Positions 36,503 to 50,867 of a stretch of 64,000 bases of DNA are shown piece after piece. Numbering within the stretch: position 1 is the stretch's first letter; every line of letters begins with the position of its first letter. Made by a program: the position numbers and the translations under genes. Origin of the DNA: Botryllus schlosseri (Eukaryota); contig CM119384.1 of NCBI GenBank assembly GCA_051294905.1, positions 12,028,001 through 12,092,000 of the forward strand, written 5' to 3'. Below the pieces are notes generated by a model. That model saw nothing but the letters and a program-made list of their open reading frames with translations, did no database searches and was not told where the DNA came from.

Positions 36503-38385
36503 CACTATACTGACTTTAGTAGACACACGGAGGAAACTTCAGTATCGAAGTGGCGTTTGAACGCTTCAAGCCAATTTAGATTTATACACAATGTCTAACG
36601 TGTTTTTGCAATACCGATGCGACTATATAACAATAACTCAAGGGCACAAACTTACTGACGTAATCATTTGAAGTTCCATTATGAATACAAGGAAGCGTGT
36701 TTTGTAATGTTAATATTGCACGATAGCTCCTCTCATATTTGCGAAAGAGCTACTGTATTGGATACGTCATATACTTTCGCAGAAATTCTCCCGATTCAAG
36801 CGACGTGACGAATCGCGGCTCGTTTGCGAGGCAATACGGCCTGCAGAATTGAGCTGCATTCACCTTTGTGTCATTTTTTCCAAGCCAATAGATTGTTTCC
36901 TATTGCTCAGCACCAAAACACGATGTATAAAGACGATTGTCGGTGACTGAACAGAAAATGATTTTCTCACGTTGATGTAGCGCCGAAATTCGCGATAGAA
37001 ACAAACAGATATTATTTAAATGCCGATTGATTGCACCTAGTATTGGCGTATATGAAGCGGTTAGCACGGAAGTCAGTGCGGTGAAGTACCGGGTATCCAG
37101 CGTACTATAGCCTCGCAATTCTGTTTGTTAATTTTGGGCAGGTTTAAGCAAGCCATTGCAGAATCTTGAATATGCGGCTATACATATTTCCTATCGTTCT
37201 GCATTTAGTGCGGATGCAAACTTATACCGCATATTTTGATCGCTTTAGCGGGATATGACCCTTCATTTACCTTTATAAACGAAATCGGTTGCAATATACA
37301 GCCTTACGCAGGCAACGCCACGTTTTGACATTATTCTTACCGATCTGTCATAACTACAGTGTGGTATAATAATTAAGCGCTCTTGACACGTAGTGAACTA
37401 TGCCCTCTATACGCTCTTCTGCGCTTGATTAGATATCTGATCGTTATCTACAGCAATTGCAGTGAGTATGTAATGATACGATGTCACCATTGGTGAATGG
37501 TGACCTGTATCTGTATGTCATGACCGGTGTAAGCTGTGATGATAACATATAGGCGCTAGCTGCACAGTGCACACACATGCGACTTGACATTGTTAGGAAT
37601 TTTCGAAATTCGAAACGACCAATGGTATACGCCATTTAGATTCAGAATTTCTGAATGACTTCGTGTACTCCCAAATGTGTTTGCTAAATCGAAAGGTGTT
37701 GAACTTACCACGAGTGTAAGTACGATTATGAATCATTCCCGGTCAATGGCTATAATTACATCATCGGACCTACACTGCAATAGAATTCGCGACTCCCAAA
37801 TATCGTCGTTGTATCTCGCATGATCTCGCTTGCGTATGCTTATCAAAGCATTGCGATTCTTCTTTTTCATCGACCTGGTATACAGAGAACTACCATACGG
37901 AGCATTCGGCATAGCGCAGTCTACGGTCGTTATATATGCAAATAAGCAAAAAAGCGCCAAACCACATGGTAGCTCCACGTGCTATTTGCACATCATATGA
38001 TACATTGTGCATTTGGCATTGGAACATCATAAATTATATGCAAGGGAATAGAATCGTGGAAATCTTGTTCCATATAAGACAGAACGGCAATGCTGTATAG
38101 AGAAATTAGACACGCGAACGGTTATACCAAGATCTCTAGGCGTAATTATTCTTATGCTCACTTTGTGTTCCACAAGATTTTGCGCTTGCGTCTGATGGAA
38201 GATACCATACGTATACATTGCTTGTTTATGGTATCGGCTTTAGCACGACTTGGAACTGTTGGAAGTGGAGTGAAGTTACAATTCTATTTCGAATTTTTCA
38301 CATCCGCTAGTAACAGCTGAAGCTATATACGTTGTTGAGTATATACGTCTTTGTCTGTGTGCGGATCAAGCAATATTCTCTAATC

Positions 38386-39629
38386 CAGACCTTTTTGCAA
38401 TCAAGAGCTACTTCTTGGGTACTGATTGAAGCGGCTGGCTAGTGGCTACCATTTACTCCTGCCGTTTACCCGCCTCAGACTGAATTTCCGCTTTGTTATT
38501 CATAGCACTGGGCAGGAACCACATTGCGTTAAGACTTCTAAGAGATTCTTTTAAAGCAAAATATCTCATTTCAACTAGCTAGCCACTAAGATGTTTTAGG
38601 AAATCATGAATTACATCGCACCATGTTGGTATAAATTTTACAACAACAATCAACTCAAATTTTGAAATAAATCTGGACAATGGACATCATGTTATCTGTC
38701 TCTATATCAGTCAGTGGGAAGCCTGGCATTGCATGCTATCTCAACTAGTGCGCTGTACACTGGCATGTAACTTTACACTGCAACTCTGAGTGAGTGTTCC
38801 AGATGTGCATTAGTGAGGCGTGTTCTGTGTTTGTTTTTGATGAAGTTCATGCCCATAAAGGCTGATTCATAACGATAAGTTGAACCAAACACGCTTGCAA
38901 CCTTCATAGCTGCTTGCATATACAACTGTACTTTTCCGTGTCTACAAGGCACCAAATGTTTGGTGGGCTTTAAGGTGGAGGTCATTTTGCAGTGTTACAA
39001 TTTCAATCTTCAACTGTTCAGCATCCAGACATGACAGATTTCATTATACCTGACAGCAGTAACGATTACAGAAAGTTACAAACATGGTACTAAACTACGT
39101 TGAGTGTAAGAGAAACAAGTTGTGTCAAAAGATGCAATACGTAATCGACACACATATCTTGAAAATCTGCTAGTACTTCACGGCTATCTGCTACCGAATA
39201 GTAATGTTGTTTACTACTTTGGCATTATCCTTGTAGTCGAGCTACCATAACGGAACCCCTCTCCATTTCAAGAAGACCGTGGATGACATTTCGTCATGTC
39301 GCCTGTATAGGCACTGCACCGTATACGTCTTCTATATCTTGTGATTCTATTACATGTTGGTATATTACTAATTGTAATTGAGGATATTTAATATCATCAT
39401 TTTAATTGTTTATATGTATGTATTGTCATTTCTAAAGTCACATATTATAGTGATTTAAACAAGAATAGCTAAATCAACCAAACTATATATATTTAAAGTT
39501 CACTGGTAATAATCTGACGAATATTTGTAAATGCTGCTATTCGATCTATTTTTAGAACAGGCTCGCGGGCTACTCATCTGGTCGTCGCGGGCTACCGGGA
39601 GCCCGCGCGCACCGCATTGGTGACCCCTG
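38386..39629 (-). mobile_element. Internally deleted Buster-type hAT transposon
   Basis: Perfect TSD CTCTAATC; right end ATTGGTGACCCCTG; left TIR has lost 9 nt relative to the copy at 41131-41192; carries a transposase remnant. Confidence 0.88.
38711..39031 (-). pseudogene. hAT (Buster/SPIN, GTF2IRD2/EPM2AIP1-like) transposase C-terminal dimerisation-domain remnant
   Basis: Across frameshifts and a stop it reads LKIEIVTLQNDLHLKA / IWCLVDTEKY / AAMKVASVFGSTYRYESAFMGMNFIKNKHRTRLTNAHLEHSLRVAV / SYMPVYSALV / SMQCQASH-stop, the canonical Buster C terminus. Confidence 0.9.
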
Positions 39630-41130
39630 CTCTAATCCAAAGCCCTGTCATCCATCCGACATAACTTCACTTCGAAATGCTTACACGGATTTGTTTGGAG
39701 TAGTCGTTGGATTTGTCGCATGTCAAGTTGTGTCAAACGGACTATTTGAGTAATGAATTCAACAAGACTGTTCGTGTAATACGACCGGGAAACTACATTG
39801 TCCAATATAATGTGTTGCTTCAACCCAAGCCCGACACGTGCGCTACAAATATTATTATTACCAACGTGCCTCAGAGTAGTATATTAGAGTACTATCTCGC
39901 GCCCCTAGTATCGTTCTGAACAGCGCCTCAGCAAAGCGACAAGATTGCCATTATTGGTGACATTACGTAATGCGGCCGGACGAAATATGGACCGCGGTCA
40001 ACTCCCAATGATGCATACTTCAAGAACATACGATAACCAAAGATATTCCGCATAACATGAGATACCCGGCGCAAGTTTTCCCTCAATCGCGAGCCATATA
40101 CACGCAGCTCCCTGATGACGGATTGTTAACTAGTTCCGTGGCGCCATTGTGGTGGATGCCTTTGGCGTTCTTACAAAAAGAGGAGTAAAGCGACGACATG
40201 GCTTCGTTCTTTTGCTTATACTGCGACTACTACCAACTGTCTCCATAACGATTCCACATGGAGTATACAGTGTGTTGTGTACGTTACACCGGTACGGCGT
40301 TAATTAGCTTTCGGATGTGTGTCATTCGGCGTTAATAGAAGCAAGTAATTCATATGAAGTCGGTCTCACGCGGTCATGTTCCGAGCACATCGCAGCCCAT
40401 AACATCGTCATGCACCAGACGTGTGTGCTATGCCTTCGGCCAAATTCAATCTAATGCATATACACTTTGAGACAGATTTAACAAAGTCGGTGTAAATGAC
40501 TGCTGGAATCATACGGTATATGGGCGTTTTCCCGCATCTTGTAGGCGGGATCACGCGGATACTTCGAGAGCCACCAGGAATGTTATTTGTAACATGCAAT
40601 ATCGAATAATTCGAAGCATCGTGCTATATCACTATAAGCATAGCAGGTATTGGAGTGAATTGAGACTTTTAAAATATCAGATTTTCGATTTCCCTCCTTA
40701 TTCGAATCGGATTTTGATCAAGATTTTTGTGAAATCTTATTTGATTTGAGTTAAAATGATTTCGACTTTTCCTATATCTGAAATTGAATTACAACGGGAA
40801 AATGAATGAATTGTCGCTCAATTTTATTTATGTGCTCAATGAGCACTGTCCAAGTGCCAATATATGCTATATTACCAGGTATGCATAAGTCATGACAGAA
40901 ACAAAATGCCGATTCCATGAATTTGTTCGTCTTCGCCGCCACGGATCTCAAAAGGGAATCTGGCATGGTCCTGAGACTCGACGCGGAGGTCCCCCAACTG
41001 AACTCGGAGACGCTCGCGTGAGTCCTGGAAAGAGTTATCTTTACTTAGTAAGTATCCGAAACATTGCCCAGTGCTTTCAATATCAAAGCAAAGAAATTCA
41101 ACCGATCATGGGTATATGGCGGGAGTAAAT

Positions 41131-41192
41131 GGTAGCCCTTCGCATAGTACCCAAGAAGTAGCTCTTGGTTTCAGTAAGGTTGGTGACCCCTG
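41131..41192 (-). mobile_element. Solo terminus of the same family as 38386-39629
   Basis: Reverse complement CAGGGGTCACCAACCTTACTGAAACCAAGAGCTACTTCTTGGGTACT matches 38386-38430; partner end not found. Confidence 0.75.
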
Positions 41193-43134
41193 TCTACAGT
41201 GTCTAGTCTATATGCAGCCCGTCCTTTGATTCAGTTGGCAGTCGATTAGTGCATAACATTGCACGCACGCATGCATGCATAAAACTTGTCGTATTTTCAC
41301 ATCGACATCTCCGAATATGCAATACGAAGGATATCTTTTTATATATGCATGCGTCTACAGTGTTCACTGATCAGTGTTCACTGTTCAGTCATTGGATTTG
41401 AATATCAAAATCTTGTGTATGTCTTTGCCCGCAGGTCAGTGAAAGATGCCTTACTTTCTCTGTAGCAACGCGATGCAAATTTCAGTACCGTCAACGAAGC
41501 AATACCCCTCTTGCCCCTCTTTCTTATCATCCGCAAGCAAGCATACCGGGCAGTTACGTAGCATGAACAATCGGAATGGAAAACTACCAGCGCATGGGTA
41601 AACTGTTGTGATGGACACATAAATAACTGCAGGCCGAGCTAATCGTCATCCTCCGCCTTGAATATGCTGGATAGTCCACTGTCGGTACCGCATGGGACTT
41701 GCGGAGATAGTTACAGTGAGGTTACGCAATGCAATGGTCTATTGTCCGGCTCGATTTGTTGTTGGCCTATATTAAACCCGTTTTCAAAACGACTAGGCGA
41801 ACCTTATACAAGCACGCAATTTTTTACAATGTGTGAAAATATTTGTTCAACGCGTGGACGCGCAATAGGAAAATTCCAAGTTTTGTATTCTAGTAAAACA
41901 AACTTAAATTAATTTAGGAACCTGTGACATTCGTAGAATTTATGGGAGTATATTGCGACTTTTAGCGCAATCTCTCCTCGTTTTATAAGGGCTCACATTG
42001 CACATGAAATGCCCAAAGTGAATTGCGCCAAACAAACAGACGCATTGTCCGATAAAATTTACGTCGAATGCATTCTTGCATATCGCCCTCTTCTTGGATT
42101 AGTCTGGCATCGGCGTAATGATGTGTAAATGTCTATTTGAGGGCATTCTCGCGGCCGACGGAATGCTGAACAAGCATAATTTGGCACGGGTTCGCGAAAA
42201 CTCAAATATACGGCGAAAATGCGTATCTAATTTTCGTTACCTCTGCAGTCCGCATGTTCGAGGCCGATATATATCCTTTAATTTATTTCAGACAGACTTC
42301 TGTCGCATTCGTTAATGTGAATAGATGATAAGGAAACCGTTCCATTAATGCGCTAGCTTTTAATTCGATACTTTGGCGCGCATGCAATGACACATATGGA
42401 ACGATACAAAAACAAGTGGGCGTGTGACCCAGCACACCTCTTTTGGTAGTAAGTGCGAAAATAACGGAAAGCACGCAGAGTATTACGATGGATGATACCA
42501 CGACCACATGTCTCTAGCCGCGTACAAATACTGTTTATCTAAAATGCTTGGATTCCATAGCCATCTATCCACTTGGTTTTGCGCGGACAATGTAATCGAC
42601 GATTTTCGTATGTCTCGAGGTATATAATTAGAAACACACGGACAATAATAAAGCGAGTTTACATTCATCAAATTGCTGCTTTCCCGCCAAAGCGAATGAT
42701 GCCTTTAATCCGGTGAGTCTATTGTTGTACTTGTCGATAAAGATTTGCCCCGCAGGATATCAACACGGACTTGATCACGTTTTCAAGTTTTCGCATTGTT
42801 AAGCATCAGGATAATATATCTTAGTGCGTATTTGTTATTGCTAGTCCAAACAATGTTGCTTATTGTGTGACGGTGTTTCATTAATTACCCGATTTTGGAG
42901 CGTTGAGTTGTACTTTTAAATGATTATGCACCTGCTGGCGTGCAGCGAAACGCCCGATTGCAGGGTACCGTTTCGAGCAGCGCTTCCACGATTGCACGGG
43001 AAATTGATCGGCTGATGCAATATAGGAAATTATTCGAGCACGTGCAACCATTAATGAGGCTTTATGCGCCCAGTACCTTGGGGATACTTCCTAGAAAGTG
43101 GACATTACACTATTAATTCCAACTTAGCCTAATG

Positions 43135-43200
43135 CAGTGGTCCCCAAACTTCTTATATGGTCGCGGTCAAATTTCCGTTTCGAAAATCCACCGTGGCCCA
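43135..43200 (+). mobile_element. Solo Buster-like hAT left end
   Basis: CAGTGGTCCCCAAACTT preceded by GCCTAATG (NNNTANNN); no matching right end seen, so the end coordinate is approximate. Confidence 0.5.
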
Positions 43201-46200
43201 CCTCTATATTTGGCAGGCTGATGACGCCAAAAAAGTCAGCACCTTACCGACCCCAAGAAAAAAGGAAAACGACCCCGGGTTTACCACCACTGGCCTAATA
43301 TTATACAATGATACCGTGACGGGCGTACTGCACAAGTTGAGACACAAGTTAGCCACCGAATGCTCACTATTGCTAGAGTATGTAATCGATTTTCCTATAT
43401 TTATGCTAAAACGATATTAGGGGTCTTTTGATGTTGGTTTTATGCCCCAAAGAATGAAAAGTAGTATATACGTGTCTTCTGCGCTTTAGTTAATTAATTC
43501 GTGTATTCGCATACCTGTATGTATCAAACTATATAGCGTCTCACGAAAAATACAGCATTTATGTCCGCTCCACGGCCTTGACGTCAAACATGACCAATGA
43601 CCATGACCAAAATTATGAGCTTGGTGAAGGCATATTCATAGCGTCTGGATAATTCGGTCGCTACGAAAATCTAAACTGTCACTCGAAGCGTATTTTGCCG
43701 TAGTTTTGATTTTACCTGAAAATATTGATGCGATAATCAGCAAAAATAGAATACGGAGGTTATGAATTACAGCGTGACATTTTTTACATAAATCAGATAA
43801 ACTCTGCGTCAGCTTGCCATTTTAAAATCGGACAAACTATTCCTTTATTTATTTTGCACATGCGTAAGACGATAGTTATCTGTTTTTCATCTTAAGAGAA
43901 TTGTGTGCCGCACAACGCGGATAGATTCAACAGCTTTCGAAAGTTTGCAGATTCTAAGCGGCATTGCAGTAACACGGGACTCCGCCTGCTGAACGCCCAC
44001 TCACTTGGCTTGATAACCGTTGGTATTTTGTTTTTAATTGTAAGTGACCCAAACTTTTCACATTCGTTTCTCTTTGTTTATGGAGCATTTCCTTCGTAAA
44101 TTCTCGTTCTTCTTTCTTTTGCTAGTAAATAGACGATTGCTGTCGCCGTTGGGCATGCGGTAGTATGTTTTCCAAAAATCGCCACATCTAAAATAATTGC
44201 CAGCCTCTATCTAGTGGGCTTATCATGCAGTCATGACTCCGCGAAGCAGGCACGACCACACCACACCCCACACCGGATTTCCCATCGATTGGCGCTAGCT
44301 GAGCTGAATAAAAGGTAAATACATCACCAAGGACCACTCGCCACGTGCACGAAATCTTTCCTCGCTGAATTAGTATGAAATCCTCCGAATGGAATAATAT
44401 GACTTATCATTTGCACACGAACGGGCGGAGTTGTTTATCCATTGCAAAATATTGATACAATCAGGGTTGTTCCCCATAGTTATATATAACTTCCATTAAT
44501 GTGATGGCATTACAGCGTCACTTTTGATTTGATCGCTTTATTCATAGTTTGTGTGTATTGCAATTAAAATTTAGTAGAACTGAGGCGCGCTGGTTGAAAT
44601 CTCGGGGAAAGAGGCATCAACGATTTGCATTGTAAATTTCCGATGACAATAACAAACAAACAACCTGGGATCCGCGCAGAAATCAGCGGGGACTCGCACT
44701 TTTTGCGGTTTACAAAGTCCGTTACGTCACCGTGGTTGGCAAATGCAAAATTTGTCATCGATATAAAAATTATTGCCGCCAGGGATTGGCCCCGTCGTGG
44801 TGGGCGTGTCAATCCAATGCGTTATTACGTCACCGCGATTTTCCACGTTTCCGCTTATCGTGATTCAGCAGCAGCAAAAGGGCGCAGGAGTAACAAGAGC
44901 CTGTAGCAAAGTTCGCGAAGACACTTTGGATTGCGTAAAATTATTCTCAGTCATAACAAACGTGATGAATTAATATGAAATTTTGTGAGCCGCGCTTCCA
45001 TATTTGATTTCTCTGGACGGGTAACGGGCTGTTCTTCCATGCCTTCATTGGGAATGCGAGGTACTGTACTTTCAGAGTTTGGCATGACATAATTAGCATT
45101 ACTCTTGGCAGTGCGCATTGCATAATAACTACCGCACAATTACCCGGGTCTGCGAAGCTTAGAAGTATCTCTACACAAGGGTACAAGCTACAAAACGTTA
45201 CTTAGATTCGGCACCTCAGAGTTCGGCGCATCCACCACCGACCCTGAGCGTGAACTCGTCTCGTTATCACTGTAATATTGTATTTGGGGTTTAATAACTC
45301 GACTAACCGTATTACGGTCTCGTTTTAACGCGAGGTCACAGTGGTGTGTCGGTAGCTCGAAATGTTCCCTTGAGAATACCGTTTAAAAGCAGTTTATGAC
45401 CCGGTTTGAGTTTAGTAAACACACACTGATGCGAGCGCGAAAAGCGAAGAAGATATCACAGCTTCCTTCTCTCTTGCCCGGCTGAGGATTGAATTACGGG
45501 TTGCAGTGAAGCGTGCAAAACCTTCCATCGTCGAAAGATATTCTCGCCACTAACCTAAATTCGGTGCTGACGTCGACGTAGACTCGGTCTAGCCTTAGAG
45601 CGGTGATTATCGTCGCTAAAGGCTAACTATACAACGGAGGCGTTCCTATTGTGATGCCAATAAACATGGCAATTTAATGCCATGAATAAGTTTTCTGTTG
45701 CGGGCTACCACCGCAAATATCAACTGGATTTATTGATTTTTCCGATAAATGAATTGATTTTGCTCTCTAGGAGCAAAAAAGAAATGGAAATGAACGGAAA
45801 ACGTTTTTATTTGAAGTCACGGGCTGAAAATTCAATTCTTCCGTGGCTATGTGTCAGCCTTAGATGAGTTCGATATTTCGATTGCGGCTTTGGTATGTCG
45901 AACAGCGACACCGGTACCGTTGATGCGAAGCGAATTAGGCGGAATTGCGATATTAAATTAGATCGTATATTGAAGTTCTCTACCTCCAATAAGCTCCACA
46001 AATTAGATTATGTATGCAAGCTGCATTTGCAACATGCCCCAATGCTGCAATACCACGGTGTGCTCAAGTGTTGTCTCTGTCAAGCGCCTGTACGCCCAAT
46101 ACAATCATGCCCTATTGTACTGTGTCGCACGCTTTATAGTAGGAAAATCACTCAAATATACTTTGAATGGAATATGATTCCAGAAAAAGTGAGCCCGTTC

Positions 46201-46456
46201 TGTTTCTGTATTGTTTCCCGTCTCCCTGTATCGACTCGAAGGGGCGTTTCTGTCGGTATTTACAAAAATGGGTTAAGCCGAATTTTCAGCCAATGGCAAG
46301 AGCTCATTTCAATGTCGAAGTCATAGATCACCACAAGTATGCTTATATGTTCAGTGTTCAGTTCAGTGTTCACGCTGCAGCCAAACAGTCATAGCCCCAG
46401 CTAAATCTATTTATGTCACAATTCGAGGCTGAACATAGATCAAGTGTATGTACAAA

Positions 46457-46491
46457 TGTACATTGTACATTGTACATTGTACATTGTACAT
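46457..46491. repeat. (TGTACAT)5 tandem heptamer
   Basis: Direct reading. Confidence 0.9.
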
Positions 46492-48708
46492 GATAAACAA
46501 TCCGCGATAGCAATAGTGTTAGAATATTAGCACTTCAGTCATGCAAATATGTATACAAGAGGTTAAAAGGTAGCATTTTGGATTCTGTCAAATAACCACT
46601 TGTCTTTTGTATGGTGTTTCATGTGATATTCGCTGTTAATAGACAATGAGAAGCAATATAAGATAATAATCTGATGTGTCAAAGTCGTTCAAACCGAACG
46701 AAGCCTAATAGGTAACGGACACGAGACCACAACAACTTAATTTGTTTTTGTAGAAACATTACTATGAACACTTGAACAGTGAATACACTTACCATTATAA
46801 CTAAGAAATTTGACTTATGAGTCCCACTCAGCGAACCCAATTTCAACCGCTCGCGTAACTAACACCACCAACTAAAACACGAAATGTCATCACCACTTCT
46901 TCCTCGCATATGAAAGAGGTCATGTTTGTGTCATAAGGCGTTATGAGTTTGGTCCTGTATGTTGATTAGCGATTTAATGAACACAAAAGGCGAATCTAAT
47001 TAATTACGTCATTATAAGTGACATGAAACAGCGCGAACTGTTAAAAAGCCATACGCGGTTTAGGTTGACTTAGGTTGACTGGATTTTGAGCGTATCGAAT
47101 TACTTGAAAACGCCCTTGCACTGTATGCGCCGAGTGTTTTGACGGGTTTCCGAGAAATGCATCGGCCACGGAGTTGAACCCACGTAGCACGGATGTATTA
47201 GCGCTGCAGTAAGCAGTAAAACGAGACGAGGGGTCGGATTTTAAATGCTCCCAGACTTTTACCCCAAACCGCATGAAAAAACGCAGCGGGGGCCACTGCT
47301 TGCCTACGAAACACCCAATAGAGTTTAAATCGCACGTTCATCTTCGCATTAGGACATCGCCCAGAACGACATCTAATGTCACATCTCACTAGCAGGGCTG
47401 GATACAATTTGAGTATGCTCGAGTCCAAATCGAAAAGCAAGTTTAGTAGAGAGAGTCGATGTTTTTGAGTAACAGAATTGTACGCCTTTCGTAGCTGAGA
47501 GCTCTTTTATCAACGAGAATTGCCATATTTATGCTTCTCCCCGCTGTGGGATCATTGAAACACAAATTGGTGGTAAGACAGCGCCCAAACGTGCCACAAC
47601 AATGTTAAGCATATTCGTGGAAACGACGTTCGACCCACAGCATTACCACAAGGCACTATCACGAAGGTGTGGAAGAAACGCAAAATTATTTTTGATGTGG
47701 TGTGGCCGGCATTTTTTTGGTATCGTACAAGGTGCATGTCTGAATTTTCACAGTCCTTCGTACCGTTATAACTTCGTAACGAGGGGGACTCGTGGGGACT
47801 CGAAGCCTTGGGCGCGTCTAGGAATCGAATTTTAATCCACCAACTTTGCCCAGTCCTACTCGCGAGGTAAACAATATGACTTCCTCAGATTACTTTTATC
47901 TAATTATGCATGGTCGTACAATCATCGCTGCAAGTGTACCAAGGGTTGCCCTACATTTTAGCATGCGGCACAATTAAAAACGACGATTGAGCACGCGGCA
48001 CTTAACACGTGACTTTACAACTCCTAAACGAACCCTAAACCTAACAATAACTTCGAAATTGACTCTAATCCAACCCTATCTTTAACCAAATGCTCATGTG
48101 TCGCATGCTATTTGTCACACGCTTATATGTTCATGGTCTGGTCATGCTTCCACGGACCGTATCAAGTCACGTTTGGCGGATAGAGCGGCGAAAATAAAAA
48201 CAAATATTAACACAAATGTTTTGTTAAACTCAGCCCACCTGTTCGTCACTCTTGACCAGCACTGTTGTCCACACAACACGAATCAGACGAAATAAATCTG
48301 CACTGTCAAAAATAATAATAAATTTAATTTCTAATTTAACATCAATAGATTGTTTATGTTTATTCCTTGTCACCACCCTTAGAAAATAATGCAAACTTTA
48401 CTCCAAGTCCACAGGGAGAGAAAATCAATTGATTCACAAGATAAGGCGATCATAGATATATTGACGAGTGAGAATGGTCATCATGCGTTATTGCGCGACA
48501 GTGCATGTATAGCACAAGACCGTCTTTGTGCGATCGCGTTGTGAATGACCGTCGCGAATCTTCGCGTGGTGTGATAGCGATCTCACAATTAGAACAACCT
48601 TTACAAGAGTGCGATATCAACCTTATAGGTTAGCGATTTGCGGCATTTTGTCGTATTTCACGGTTGATTTTGAATTCGATTGTTAGCACACCAGGGTGAA
48701 CTCACGAG

Positions 48709-49214
48709 TAGGGCTGGGCAAAATCGAGTACCTGAGTGATTCGATTCTGAATCACGTAAAATGCTTCGAGTCGAGTCGAGTAATCGAGTACCACTCATTA
48801 TGACGTCATAACAGAATGTAATAAGTTCAGATATGTACTTTTTATGCGACCACAAAGAATATAATGCCTGTTATACATCACATTAAAGATACTTGTGGTA
48901 TTTTTTCGACCATACCGATTTCATTGCAATGTTGTGGGAGGATAATGACTTCGGAGATATGCTATTTCCAGTAACGTTCGTAGCTTTGTACTATGTGTTC
49001 GTACTATATGCTACGATACGGCCAAACAAGGTTTCAAGGCTTCAACAGTGAAAATAAGTATCAGAACTATAATTCTCGTTGATAAATTCACTTTCAGTGG
49101 TGAGGAGCGTATAATTTCAGTACTCGAAAAAATCGTCTTTTACTACTCGACTCGAATCATTAAAATTAATACTCGATTCAGATTCGAGTACTCGAATCAT
49201 TGTGCCCAGCCCTA
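48709..49214. mobile_element. hAT-type MITE, TAGGGCTGGGCA family, copy 2
   Basis: Same TIRs as 8774-9283; perfect TSD CTCACGAG. Confidence 0.95.
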
Positions 49215-50867
49215 CTCACGAGGTGTCAACTTGTTTACAACAATACCGACAAGCGCCGTACTTCCGGCATTCACGCATCTGCAGTGGGTATACAATCTTT
49301 CAACCCACCGTCAACGTGAGTAATACGATCTCGAATCAGCAAAACAGAACAGCTGTAAACTCGGACTGAGTCGTGCTGCAAGTTCATGTCAGGATTTCTA
49401 ACGTTGAAAGGAGTATGATACTGATACTGTGTATGTCAGAACTGGGGCATGTCCGTAATAAAATTTGGTTCACCAAACTTTCTTTGTACGGAAGAACAGT
49501 TGAAACTAGACTGACCATGAAACCTCGCATTATCACAATTTGTATAAATTACAACTATTGCATTGAGCATAATGAGCCTTAGCACTATTTATTGACCTCT
49601 ATTTAAGCCGCGATTAGTATCCAATCGCTTTTATACCACTTAAATTGTGTAAATTGTACACTGGCACTTGGCGCTGGAGAAACTTACCGGTAAGTTATGT
49701 TGTAGCGTGCAACCGTTTCGCACAGTTCAACGACCTAACCGAGATTTACGAGAACAAACGGAACAACGCTTTTTCGTGCCGTTTGTAATTGGTTATTGAT
49801 CGGTCAAATATGCTATCCCGACCAGCGCATGACACATATAGAGGGCTGTATAATGTTGGACTGATCACGCTGATTCCAAGAATTTAACTCTGGTGGTTAT
49901 GATTGAATACTATACAAAACGAGTTTTCCAAAACCCCCGATAGTTCTACGCGCACAGTACGGAAACTTTACGGCTGTGATACTCGAACCATCTCCATTCC
50001 GGGCGCCTGAAATTGAGCACAAGTAAACACAAATACTAAGTTGCGAAACGGCAACTGTTACGTTATAGTTTACATATTTGCCGAATGCCAACATGCAATC
50101 ATTCACGAGGTCAAACGGTGTTCAAACACGACAAACAAACATCGCTGTTCGCATTTGACGTATTTTCCATCCCGGGATTCGGTTCACATTCTTTCAGGTA
50201 CGCAAAACTGTACGAACACAGTCGAGTGGACAGTTTCGGTATGCCTCAAATGTGTGATTCTGTGTTATGTCTGCTTCTTGCTGGTCCAGCAAAAACAGAA
50301 AGTACAAATGTTATGAAAATGAACTGTTTTGCTGTTCCTAGCAGTGCCTCCAAATCGAAATTCATTAAAAGGCTATTCTTGTAATGGTGTCGTAAAATAT
50401 ATCGTCAACGCATTTTCACAAATTAGAACCTATACTGGATTATTATTACTTCTTTGAGACACTTATAGGTTACTGAGAAACAATGTTGCACGGGGAATAT
50501 CTATAACGCCTATATTTCAGGTGTTGACATCGAGTGCGTAGTTTGATCAAACTGGCGATAGATTATGGTATCAGCTATGGTTTCAGCGTACAAAGTACAC
50601 AGTAGGTTTGAAAACATGAAAACACATCCAATATCCCACAATACCGCTCTTTATTCGGACCACTCGGAACAGCGGATCACGGTGAAGCTCTTTTCATGTT
50701 TCAATCGGTTGGCGTGCGCAATCAATTGCCATAAAACTTGCATCACAATTACATTCATACATATATTAAATCCTAGTCGATGATAACATATTTTCGATGA
50801 TGTGCATATTTGAGCGTATATAGAATAAGATCGCCGACTCTAACCCAACTCACGTGTCAAATATTAC

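Noticed and set aside
37733-37978. ORF resembling a signal peptide plus dibasic sites (neuropeptide precursor-like)
   Set aside because: GTG start with an upstream in-frame stop and only a weak acceptor; no amidation signals or repeated peptide.
41658-41912. CNGLLSGSICCWP resembling a class-B GPCR hormone-binding motif
   Set aside because: Lacks the conserved W-D and has no usable splice donor; probable chance.
45895-46326. 143-aa ORF, the longest in the gene-poor region
   Set aside because: No motif and no coding-like composition; length is within chance for this GC content.
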